Shown: positions 31,564-41,500, counted from the first letter of the stretch. The stretch is DNA of 64,000 nucleotides from Prevotella sp. (GCA_031285625.1 JAITVV010000071.1:1-64000); one strand, 5' to 3'. Translations and numbers: made by a program. The notes: generated by a model from the letters alone, not told the origin.

Positions 31564-32124
31564 ATGAAAAAAAGCTCTGTATATACCAAAACTGGAGATA
31601 AGGGATTAACATCCCTTGTTGGTGGCAAACGTGTGGCAAAAGCACATGTAAGATTAGATGCATATGGTACAACTGACGAGTTGAATTCCTTTGTCGGATT
31701 TCTTATTGAGGAAATAGAAGATGAGCATGACTTGGAGATTTTATCTTTTATTCAGCATAAATTATTCACTGTGGGGTCATATCTGGCTACCGAAACAGAA
31801 GCAATTCTGCCAAAAGCTGCCAGCATTATTACAGATAAAGATATTTCGATTCTTGAGAATGAAATGGATAAGATGGACAGTGAGTTACCTCAGCTGCGCC
31901 AGTTTGTTCTACCAGGAGGAAGCGAATCGGCATCAAGAGCCCACATTTGCCGTACGGTATGCCGCCGGACTGAACGTTGCATATACAAAGTGAAGGAAGA
32001 ATTTCCTGTTGATGATCTTGTATTAATGTTCGTAAACAGGCTCTCCGACTACTTTTTCTTACTGGCCCGAAAGGAATGTAATAAGAAAGGAAAAGAAATA
32101 TTTTGGAATCAGGCTTTGATATAA
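31564..32124 (+). CDS. PduO-type cob(I)alamin adenosyltransferase
   Basis: YTKTGDKG, YGTTDELNS, RTVCRRTER, NRLSDYFF. Confidence 0.93.
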   Translation: MKKSSVYTKTGDKGLTSLVGGKRVAKAHVRLDAYGTTDELNSFVGFLIEEIEDEHDLEILSFIQHKLFTVGSYLATETEAILPKAASIITDKDISILENEMDKMDSELPQLRQFVLPGGSESASRAHICRTVCRRTERCIYKVKEEFPVDDLVLMFVNRLSDYFFLLARKECNKKGKEIFWNQALI

Positions 32125-32187
32125 GAAATAATGTTATATTTTTGCGAAAAATATAACCAAACTGACAAATAAATAAACGAAAATATT

Positions 32188-32409
32188 ATGTACTGGACTT
32201 TAGAATTAGCATCAAAATTAGAAGATGCACCATGGCCTGCAACAAAAGAAGAGTTGATTGACTATGCCCAACGTTCGGGTGCACCTCTTGAAGTTATAGA
32301 AAACTTACAGGAGATAGAGGATGAAGATGAGATTTTCGATACTATCGAAGACATCTGGCCTGACTATCCTAGTAAAGAAGATTTCTTCTTCAACGAGGAC
32401 GAGTATTAG
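32188..32409 (+). CDS. DUF2795-family small acidic protein (integration target)
   Basis: MYWTLELASKLEDAPWPATKEELIDYA...FFFNEDEY; its 3' end is duplicated at 42413-42436. Confidence 0.85.
   Translation: MYWTLELASKLEDAPWPATKEELIDYAQRSGAPLEVIENLQEIEDEDEIFDTIEDIWPDYPSKEDFFFNEDEY
32386..32407 (+). repeat. attL
   Basis: TTCTTCAACGAGGACGAGTATT; 21/22 identical to 42413-42434. Confidence 0.9.
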
Positions 32410-32453
32410 AGGTAAAAAATTGTAAAATGCTTTAAAATAAAGCGTATATACAG

Positions 32454-32492
32454 GAGATTAGGGTAACAAATAATTACTTTAATCTCTTTTTT
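32454..32492 (+). terminator. Element-borne terminator-like hairpin resembling the host terminator
   Basis: GAGATTAGGGTAA..TTACTTTAATCTC-TTTTTT; compare 42471-42516. Confidence 0.6.
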
Positions 32493-32567
32493 ATGCCTTT
32501 TTTTACTATATTTGTTACCCTAAACGCAACCCTATAAAGGGTAATATTCCTAAAAAAATACATAGTA

Positions 32568-33908
32568 ATGGGTAGAAAGAAAGCTGACAGACCAACAGGA
32601 AAGTTTAAACTTCGTACAGACCAAAGCAAAGACGATGGTAAATATACCTTATATTTAGAATATAGTCTGAATAGAAAATTTGCAAAAACTACCACAGAAT
32701 ATAAATTTAAGCCTTCAGAATGGGATGATAAGAATCAAAAAGTAAAAGGAACTGTTCCAAACTATAATCGTATCAATGCTCAATTATCCAAGCTTAAAAA
32801 TGGCATTGATGCAGCTATTATTGATTATCTTGATAGAACAAAGGGTAACACAAAGAGAAGGTTAACTATTGACATCTTACGAAGTATTGTCCAGCGAAAA
32901 CCAATTACGACATTAGGCAAAGTAGAAAACAACGAATTTTTCGCTATGGCTAATAAAATTCAAGAAGATGAATATTCACATGGAAAAAATTCTTATAGCC
33001 TTTATAAGAATAAGCTAAATCAGATAGATATATTCAAAAAGTTTGTTTCTAAAAAGATAGGTGAGCAATTTATTAATTGTGATGACATTGATATTGACCT
33101 GATAAATGATTATATTAAATGGCGTATAGATAGGGGAAATAAACCTGTTACTATTAATAAAGCTCTCGTCCCAATCAATCAAACTCTAAAAATAGCAAGT
33201 ATTAAAGGCTTTGCTAATGCAGAGATGGCATATTTAATATCAAAATCGTATCTACCTATCAAGACTAAATTGAAAGATGAAGAAGACGAGGAAGATGATG
33301 TAAGATATTTAACAGAGGACCAGATAAAATCGTTATTAGAATTATATCCAAAATTGCATATTAGAACAAAAGATTATATAGATATGTTTCTTTTTGTAAT
33401 TCATACAGGATTACGAGTTTCTGATATAATAACTTTGCGATGGATAAATATTGATATTGAGAAAAAAGAACTGAATAAGATACTATATAAGGGAGACATT
33501 AAACTATCGACACCCCTAACAGCACCAGCTATAAAGATTTTAAATAAATGGAAAGAACGCAATCTAAATGATGTTTTTGTTTTTGACATCCTGCCTTCTG
33601 ATTTTAATTTACAAGACGTTCCATTACTTGACAAAATGCGTATCAATAAAAATCGTTCAATTCTTACATCATTAAATGAAGTCGGTAATAAATTGGAGTT
33701 GGCTTTCAAAATGGGTATGCACGTAGGTAGGCATACATTTGCAGTTTTAGCCTTAAACAGAGAAGTAAACTTGCATATTTTAAGTCAGTTATTGGGACAT
33801 TCAAGTATATTAGTTACAGAAAAAGTGTATGCTAAATTCTTGCCTAAAACAATAAAAGAAGAAGTTGAAACCAAACTCGATTTCAACTTCCTTCCTGATG
33901 GATATTAA
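32568..33908 (+). CDS. Tyrosine integrase with N-terminal arm-binding domain
   Basis: TGLRVSD (R), HVGRHTF (HxxR), LLGHS, TEKVY (Y); N-terminal 'PSEWD' Bacteroidetes arm-binding-type domain. Confidence 0.95.
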   Translation: MGRKKADRPTGKFKLRTDQSKDDGKYTLYLEYSLNRKFAKTTTEYKFKPSEWDDKNQKVKGTVPNYNRINAQLSKLKNGIDAAIIDYLDRTKGNTKRRLTIDILRSIVQRKPITTLGKVENNEFFAMANKIQEDEYSHGKNSYSLYKNKLNQIDIFKKFVSKKIGEQFINCDDIDIDLINDYIKWRIDRGNKPVTINKALVPINQTLKIASIKGFANAEMAYLISKSYLPIKTKLKDEEDEEDDVRYLTEDQIKSLLELYPKLHIRTKDYIDMFLFVIHTGLRVSDIITLRWINIDIEKKELNKILYKGDIKLSTPLTAPAIKILNKWKERNLNDVFVFDILPSDFNLQDVPLLDKMRINKNRSILTSLNEVGNKLELAFKMGMHVGRHTFAVLALNREVNLHILSQLLGHSSILVTEKVYAKFLPKTIKEEVETKLDFNFLPDGY

Positions 33909-33921
33909 CCAACATATTATT

Positions 33922-34221
33922 TCAGTCATAAGCATAAGCTTCTAAACGATTCTTTTGATAAAAGTACATTATATCCTCATAACTGTATAAAAATTTATCA
34001 CCAACCTGAGTATAGGGTAAATAACCCTCGTCACGATACTTCTTTATCCAATTTTGACCGACCCCTAAAAGTTCGGGAAGGTCTTTATTGGTGTAAAAAG
34101 GTTTTACAATATTATTTTTAGTGTGTTCGATTAGAGTAGAACATAGGTTCTTTAAATCTTTTATCTCTTGTTTCAATTCGTTTAGTTCATCGCTATGAAC
34201 TGCAATCAAAGTGCTCATCAT
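33922..34221 (-). CDS. HTH_17/MerR-like excisionase-type protein
   Basis: YTNKDLPELLGVGQNWIKKYRDEGYLPYTQVGDKFLY; convergent with the integrase. Confidence 0.8.
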   Translation of the reverse strand: MMSTLIAVHSDELNELKQEIKDLKNLCSTLIEHTKNNIVKPFYTNKDLPELLGVGQNWIKKYRDEGYLPYTQVGDKFLYSYEDIMYFYQKNRLEAYAYD

Positions 34222-34583
34222 TCTGAATTTTAGCAACTTTATTTTTCATGGAATTTCACAATCCCAAGCTATACTTAAAATCATTGTACTTCTATTATTG
34301 AAGTAACCAAAACAAATATACCTTTTTTATTTTTGAAAAACAAAAGAGATTTTAACAAAATTTGAAATGGCATATTTATGGCATCCTTAAATCTATTGAA
34401 CTACTTTATCCCCATTGACCCATCCCTCATATATAAGGGGATTATGTTGTGAATGAATAAATTCTCAAAAAAATTATGTTTAAGAAGGTCATCTATATTG
34501 AACTTTCAAAAATATTGTAATATTTATTTATATAGACTTTGATAGCTCTATGATATGTATAATAATTTAATAAAAATTAAAGT

Positions 34584-34769
34584 ATGAATAAGAGAATTTA
34601 CAGAGAAGCGGATGAGATGACTAAGTACAAAATGAGTTTAAGCAAATCTAATTCATTAAATCCTAACTATGGGAAACCAAGAGATGAGGAAACTAAACAA
34701 AAGATTTCGGATAGTATGAAAAAGTATTGGTCAGAAGTCCCATTTAAAAATGACTTAAATAAAAAATGA
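34584..34769 (+). CDS. Stand-alone NUMOD3-motif DNA-binding peptide
   Basis: Two NUMOD3-like repeats: DEMTKYKMSLSK and NPNYGKPRDEETKQKISDSMK. Confidence 0.75.
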   Translation: MNKRIYREADEMTKYKMSLSKSNSLNPNYGKPRDEETKQKISDSMKKYWSEVPFKNDLNKK

Positions 34770-34782
34770 AATTTTAGAATTG

Positions 34783-34814
34783 GATGTTGCCGGATACGGC
34801 AACATCTTTATTTT
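34783..34814 (+). terminator. Intrinsic terminator after the NUMOD3 gene
   Basis: GATGTTGCCG-GATA-CGGCAACATC followed by TTTATTTT. Confidence 0.75.
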
Positions 34815-34976
34815 ATATGAATAATATTTTTCATTAACTATTGATTATTTATTTTCAAATTCTATTTTTTATAAAGAAGTTTCATTCTCTCTATCAAGAA
34901 GGGAAATATGTAGCCTGTGGACTACACCACTAATTAGTAAAGTTCACTTGAAGAATAAGAAGTTTAATATTAAAAA

Positions 34977-35996
34977 ATGAATAGTTATGAAAATAAACAT
35001 TTAAAATTTGATACAGTAAAAATTAGAACAAATAAAGAATATTTAAAAGATACATTTATTAAATTCAATCCAAAATATAAATCAAATGGAGAAATAATAA
35101 ATAAATATTATAATTCAAAAGATGATGATAGACTTATTCCCTATAATTTATATATTGGAATTAGTGATAAATCATTAACATTAGAATTTTCATCTAAGAT
35201 ATTATTAGATGATTATCCGAAGCTTATAACAAAAGATACATTCAAACAATGTTTAGAGAATATCAACCAACTTGATATTTGCGCCCTCAATGCTGATTCT
35301 ATTGCAAATGATTGTTATTTTACGAAAGTTCATGTTACCAATGATATAAAATATCCATTCACTGATAATGTATTAGATAGCCTTAATTCAAATGTCAATG
35401 ATTATAGACGTTACCAATGGGAACATTATCGAAAAGACGGCATACGCTTTAAAAAGGATGTAAAATCAATATCCTGCAAAGAGAGTATTGTTATGTACAA
35501 TAAAGAAAAGGAAATTATAAACAATGTAGATTTTCTTTCAATTCTCAGCAAGCCGAATGAAGTAATTGATTATTTTGATGGGGTCACACGTTTTGAAATG
35601 GAGTTGGATAAACCAAAGAAAATATGTGAAGCTCTGAATATTGATACCACCCATATAAGTAAAGTGTTCAATTCAAAGGAAAACCCCTTACTTGTTCAGT
35701 TTAATAAAATTTTTGGAGTAGGAGAGATTAAAAACAGACAATACATTGCTAACTATGAAACCTACGCTATGGATGCTATAATTGAGAAACACAACGGTGA
35801 CATCAAGAAGATAGAACAGGAAATGAAAGACCTGCATGTTTACAGTTCTAATTCTCGTAATGGCTTATCGGAAAGAATGAAGAAGATTAAAGCTCTTATA
35901 GAACAACGAAACGAGAGATTGTATAATTCCAGAGGAATATTGACAGAAATTAGAGAAAAATTAGGCGAAAAAGCACCTATTCCAGCTCAACTATGA
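34977..35996 (+). CDS. Putative rolling-circle replication initiator/relaxase (Rep_trans / gpII-X-like)
   Basis: FDTVKI, TKVHVTND, MYNKEKE (YxK candidate catalytic Tyr) and VTRFEMEL (RxE), in the motif order of Rep_trans/gpII proteins. Confidence 0.6.
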   Translation: MNSYENKHLKFDTVKIRTNKEYLKDTFIKFNPKYKSNGEIINKYYNSKDDDRLIPYNLYIGISDKSLTLEFSSKILLDDYPKLITKDTFKQCLENINQLDICALNADSIANDCYFTKVHVTNDIKYPFTDNVLDSLNSNVNDYRRYQWEHYRKDGIRFKKDVKSISCKESIVMYNKEKEIINNVDFLSILSKPNEVIDYFDGVTRFEMELDKPKKICEALNIDTTHISKVFNSKENPLLVQFNKIFGVGEIKNRQYIANYETYAMDAIIEKHNGDIKKIEQEMKDLHVYSSNSRNGLSERMKKIKALIEQRNERLYNSRGILTEIREKLGEKAPIPAQL

Positions 35997-36089
35997 CACG
36001 CTCAGACTATCATTTTTAGCTTTGAAACCTACTGTTTACGTTGATTTTGGTGTGTGTCGCTTGTAATAGATTATCATGCATGTTTATAA

Positions 36090-36134
36090 AAGAAATAATG
36101 AGGTAGAAAAAAAATCTACCTCATTATTTTCTTT
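36090..36134. terminator. Bidirectional terminator
   Basis: AAATAATGAGGTAGA-A7-TCTACCTCATTATTT between convergent rep and lipoprotein genes. Confidence 0.8.
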
Positions 36135-36145
36135 ATATTTTTATA

Positions 36146-37084
36146 TTATTGTTTATTCCTATCTATTTTATTTAAAATAAACTTTCTGCCTATATTTGTT
36201 TGGTTTGAGCCAGTACCTCTATCATAATAATCATATACCATCTCAATTTTATTTGTTGTCATAGATATTATTTTATAATGGGCTGTAATTTCATCATATG
36301 TAATTTTATTAGATAATTTAAAATAAAATCCATTATTAGTAAAACTTACACTTATACTATGAAATGATATATCAAATTTATCATCGTAATGACTTATCAT
36401 TGAATTATCTATGTATGTTGTGTTAAATCTTAAATAAAATGGATTACTTTCATATTCTTGAAAATTTATAGACCCTTCAAAAAAACCATCTTGTTTACAT
36501 TCCCAAAAAATAGGTCCTTTATCATTAGGGATATGTAATATTTTCGCAATATTTTCCTTATTTATTTGAACAATTTCGGGCACTTCTATTTCGGGAGTTT
36601 CAGGTAGTGTAATTTCACCTTTATACTCGTATTCGTTTTTAAAGTTAAGTGTAAGTGCATTCAGGTTATCATTGTACATATTTTTAATCTTCGCATCATC
36701 AGTAAATGATTCACTTTTGACAATAGTATTGTTATTCAATAGATTAAAAGTAACCTTTGTAGCATATTTGATATAAGTGTAATATACATCGTTAATAGGT
36801 ATTGTTGTACCCTCATCTATATTTGCTTCAATGACGACTTGTACATTATCATTGAACAGCAAGTTAAGATAGGTTGTAACAAAAGTGCTTTTTAGTTGTG
36901 ATTTAGCAATGATAGCCGATTCAACTTTAAGGTCTTTGTTGTTGAAGTTTACGCCATTGTTTGAGATTGCGCCAGTTGTTGTAGGTACAATCGGGTTTGG
37001 GTCAGTATCGTTGTTGTCATCGCTACTACAAGAATAGAATAAGGTCGTTGCCATCAGACACAATGTGAATAATAGTTTTTTCAT
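36146..37084 (-). CDS. Lipoprotein of unknown function (element cargo)
   Basis: MKKLLF..LFYSC lipobox followed by acidic SSDDNND export-type signal; Pro-rich linker. Confidence 0.8.
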   Translation of the reverse strand: MKKLLFTLCLMATTLFYSCSSDDNNDTDPNPIVPTTTGAISNNGVNFNNKDLKVESAIIAKSQLKSTFVTTYLNLLFNDNVQVVIEANIDEGTTIPINDVYYTYIKYATKVTFNLLNNNTIVKSESFTDDAKIKNMYNDNLNALTLNFKNEYEYKGEITLPETPEIEVPEIVQINKENIAKILHIPNDKGPIFWECKQDGFFEGSINFQEYESNPFYLRFNTTYIDNSMISHYDDKFDISFHSISVSFTNNGFYFKLSNKITYDEITAHYKIISMTTNKIEMVYDYYDRGTGSNQTNIGRKFILNKIDRNKQ

Positions 37085-37275
37085 TCTCTGACCTCCTCTC
37101 TAATTGCGTCTTTTACACTTTTTTCAAGTGTTTCTAAATCGTAGTTAGAATCTACAATAGAACCATTCTTTACAACTTGATATAAGTTTTCACACTTATA
37201 GATGTCTGCAAATTTTTCTTTTTTGATAAAAAAAGTTTTTACCAAAATACCAGAGAATACATTTTTGTTCATCAT
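37081..37275 (-). CDS. Small hypothetical protein coupled to the lipoprotein gene
   Basis: 64 aa; ATGA overlap with the lipoprotein start; follows a structured leader. Confidence 0.55.
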   Translation of the reverse strand: MMNKNVFSGILVKTFFIKKEKFADIYKCENLYQVVKNGSIVDSNYDLETLEKSVKDAIREEVRE

Positions 37276-37330
37276 GAAATACGTTCAATTTTGCTCATCA
37301 GCTCCAAATGTGCAGTTTTGTAAATAGAAA

Positions 37331-37479
37331 ACGTGGAGACTGCTAACTTACTCGCCTCGAGGTCTTGGTCACCCTGCAACAGAATAAGTCGCAGCTCCAC
37401 GTCTATAAAATATAAAGACATGGAGCGATTGACTTACTACCCTGTTGCATGAAAGTTACCAAGTTTCGAGTGCGGGTAA
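37331..37479 (-). ncRNA. Candidate structured leader/antisense RNA with two mutually exclusive folds
   Basis: 37331-37353 is complementary to 37382-37402; 37348-37403 is also complementary (with bulges) to 37417-37479. Confidence 0.55.
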
Positions 37480-37646
37480 TATTAAACGCTTTCGTTTTTT
37501 TTAATAAGTCCTTCTATCAAACCATCTCTATGGTATTTGATTGAATTATGATACAAAGATTGATATTTTATTTAAGCCCTGCAAATTATTTCGAATAAGA
37601 TAAATATAATATTCTTTAGTCCAGATAGTTAATTGTTATTATTTAT

Positions 37647-37682
37647 TACACATTTATTAAATTGATGTTCAATAAATGTGTA
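37647..37682. repeat. 12-bp perfect inverted repeat (candidate res subsite/operator)
   Basis: TACACATTTATT-N12-AATAAATGTGTA just upstream of TATATTTG (37701-37708) and the recombinase ATG. Confidence 0.6.
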
Positions 37683-37730
37683 TTTAATGAAAATAATAGT
37701 TATATTTGTTAAGTATTAAACTTTTAACCA

Positions 37731-38411
37731 ATGGAAGCTAAAAAATATACTTGTTATTATAGAGTGTCTACAAAAAAACAAGGCAAATCAGGATTAGGTC
37801 TTGATGCACAAGAAACAATCTGTAAAAACTACGTAGATGGTCAGAAAGGTATAATCATAAATTCTTTCGTTGAAGTTGAAAGTGGTAAAAATGATAACAG
37901 GGAAAAACTGCATACTGCTATTGCTGAATGTAAGCAAACTAACAGTACTCTGTTAATTGCCAAACTTGATAGGTTATCGAGAAGTGTTGAATTTATTTTT
38001 AGTTTGAAAAATTCAGGTATTAATTTTACTTGTGTTGACCTACCTGAACTCAATACCATGACCTTGGGTATCTTTGCAACCTTTGCACAGAGCGAAAGAG
38101 AGCGTATAAGTGAGAGAATCACAAATGCACTCGCTGAAAAGAAAAAAAAGGGTATTAAACTTGGTAAACCTGAAAACTTACTGAACAACTTTGATAAAGC
38201 ATACAGTAATAGTTTAGCTACTCGACAAGGCAATGCAGTAAACAATGAGAACAACAAAAAAGCAGGTCTTTTGATTGTGTCTTTGCGTGATGGTGGTAAA
38301 ACATGGAATGAGATAACCCAAACTTTAAATGATAATGGTTTTAAAACTCGCAGGGGTGGTGTGTTTGGTATAACTCAGGTGGTGAGGCTGTTCAATAGAT
38401 ATTACTCATAA
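37731..38411 (+). CDS. Serine recombinase (resolvase/invertase domain plus short C-terminal DNA-binding domain)
   Basis: YYRVSTKKQ (catalytic Ser), ESGK, KLDRLSR, ERERISER, GIKLG; C-terminal 'LNDNGFKTRRGG'. Confidence 0.92.
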   Translation: MEAKKYTCYYRVSTKKQGKSGLGLDAQETICKNYVDGQKGIIINSFVEVESGKNDNREKLHTAIAECKQTNSTLLIAKLDRLSRSVEFIFSLKNSGINFTCVDLPELNTMTLGIFATFAQSERERISERITNALAEKKKKGIKLGKPENLLNNFDKAYSNSLATRQGNAVNNENNKKAGLLIVSLRDGGKTWNEITQTLNDNGFKTRRGGVFGITQVVRLFNRYYS

Positions 38412-38520
38412 ATTATTGACATATAAAACATTAAGTTTTATCAGATTGTTTATCTATAAGAGAAAAAGAAGCAGATAATCGCATGATTATTGATTAATAA
38501 TTGTATTTTTGCTAAGGAAT

Positions 38521-41500
38521 ATGAAACAAAATGTGTCGCTAAACAAGTTTCTGATTCAGTTAGGATTAGAAAAGGTGGTCTTCTTTAAGGACGAAGAAGG
38601 AGTATACTCCTCTGTTCTACACTTTGACATACAGAATAAACTCAAACTAATCAGTCCTGACGCAATCTATATATTCAATAATCAACCTTTAATTTTATTT
38701 TTCGATTTAACTGATAATACAGACGATAAACGAGAGGATGATATTCACAAAAAAGTATGGTCTTTTGATAATTCTCCGATAGCTTTTATTATAAAAAGTA
38801 ATGAAATAAAAGTATACAATGCACTGAATTATATAAAGAACGAGAATCGCTTAGAAACGATTAACTTAACAAGTGATGAAATCATTAATAAATTCTCTTT
38901 TTGGAATTTACAAAGCAGCAATGTTTGGAATTGGTTTCAAGAAAAATATATTGAAACCATACAAAAAAAGGAAACTAAAAAACGTGTAAACGAAAGGCTT
39001 TTTCAGAATATCAGAGATGTGAGAAATGCTTTGATAGATAAGAACAATGACCCTGAGGGAAGTATTCCAAACTCTCTTATTCTTAGATTGATATTTATAA
39101 GATACTTAATAGATAGAAATATTGAAATTGGTTCAGAGTTTATTGATGGGTGTGATACTTATTCAAGAAGATTAAGTTTCAGTAAACTATTACAAGACCC
39201 TGACAAGCTATCTCGGTTATTTGTAAAATTAAATGATAGATTTAACGGTGTTCTATTCAAAGGTGTTGATATAAAGCTAACTACTACACAAGCTGAAAGT
39301 CTATCTGATATCTTCAATGGTGAAGTACCAAAGAAAAACTCATTATTTTATGGCAGTGATTTCTATTTTGAGATATTTGATTTTTCTATAATTCCTGTTG
39401 AAGTAATTTCAGGAATATATGAATCTTTGATTGACCCTGAAACAAGAAATCTACAATCAGCAGTATATACCCCATCTTTTTTAGTTGAATATATTTTAAA
39501 TGATACTATTGATGTTTTCCTAAATGAGAACAATACATCGGAGTGTAAAATATTCGAAGTTGCTGTTGGCTCAGGAATTTTCCTTGTTCAGTCTTTGAGA
39601 AGAATGATAGAAAAGGAAATTGAATTAAAAGGAAATTTAGACAAAGAAGCTTTTAGTGAACGTATTAGAGACATAGCAAAACAAAATTTATACGGTGTTG
39701 ACATCAATAAGGAAGCATTAAAAGTAACATGTTTTTCAATATATATTGCTCTATTAGATTATCAAGAACCTAAAAATATCTATAAATATAAATTTCCTAA
39801 TCTATTGGGAGAAAACTTATTTGAAGCTAATTTTTTTGACACAAAGAATGAGTTTAATCAAGTAATAAATAATGCAAGACCCCAATATATATTGGGTAAT
39901 CCACCTTGGAAAAGTAATAAAGATGATTACCATATAGAATGGTTAAAGTCTAATAAAAAGACTGTTGGAAGATTTGAAATTGCACAATCCTTTCTTCTGA
40001 GGACAAAAGATTTTATGAATCTCGATACCAAAGTTGCATTAATTATTACGAGTACCATTTTCTATAATGTGTCTAAAACAACAAGAGCATTCAAGAATGA
40101 ATTTTTATCAACATACTGTATTAGTAAATTCTTTGACTTGTCCCCTGTCAGACGATTAATATTTGAAGAAAAAGATAGTCCTGCAAGCGTTGTATATTAT
40201 AAATTATCTGAGAATAATGATTACATTAATAATGTAATAGACCATCAATCTGTTAAAATCAACTATTTTCTTAAACACTTTAAAATGTTGGTCATTGAAA
40301 AGTATGACAAAAAAAAGATTTTCCAACGATATTTTATTGAATATGATTGGATGTTTAAAGTTGCTTTATATGGTAATACCTTAGATTTTGTAACCATTAA
40401 TAAAATAGTCGAAAATAAATCAAAAATTAATGATTACATTGATAATAAAACAATATTTAGTGGTGATGGTATCCTAAAAGGAACACCCAAGCCAACCCCT
40501 TTCTCTTTTCTTATTAATTTACCTATTATAGAAAACGAAGAGGTTAAGTCGTATTATACGAATGTCAATATTGAAAAAACAATGACATTAGATGATACAT
40601 ATTTGGAAAGTGGACGAAAATTAGAATTATTTAAGGGAGAACACATATATTTAAAAAGTCAGACTTTAAATGAATCTGATATTGTAGTTTCCTATAATAA
40701 TCAAACCGCCGTTAATCGACATGATGTGATTACGATAACGTCTGAAAATGAAATTGACAAACTGAAAGAAATTTACGCTTTGCTAATCTCAGATATTCAT
40801 ACCTATTATCAATTCCTAACATCTTCTGCATGGGGAGTTTCAACAAGACCTGCAATAAGATTAAAAGAATATAAAAACTTCCCTTGTGTCACATTAAGCA
40901 CACAACATCAGCAAAAGTTAACATCACTAATAAATGATTTTTTTGAAAATTTCATACTCTACTATAGCGATGAGATAAGGTCTGAAACTCTTCCTGTAAA
41001 TAAGAATATATTAAAGAACATAAATAAACTTATTAATGAATTATACAGGATAAATGAAGCTGAAAAGGACTTGATTAATTATGTTCTAAATGTATCGAGA
41101 TATCAATTTCAAGAAAGTAAGCAAGATTTAATAATAGATTTTACACATACGAATAAGAACGATTATAGAAACAAAGAAACTGTCTTAAAGCAGTATGCAG
41201 AAGTGTTCCTACGAGAGATTGAAGACATATATGATAATGAATATATACAAGCAGAAATATATTCATTACATCATTTTGTTGCGGTAAACTTTGTATTTCA
41301 TTCAGACCCGATTAAGGAGAGAATAATATATCAAAAGAATGCAAATATTATTGAATCATTAGAAAAATTGGGAAATCTAAGTATCTCTCAGATTGCAAGT
41401 GTAACTGACCCTACAAAGAACCTATTTATACAAAAAGATATAAAAGGTTTTGAAGATAATTCATTTTATATAATCAAACCTAATGAATATAAATGTTGGC

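Noticed and set aside
37331-37479. Retron msr/msd, DGR template or IS110 bridge RNA
   Set aside because: No reverse transcriptase or IS110 recombinase in the element or window.
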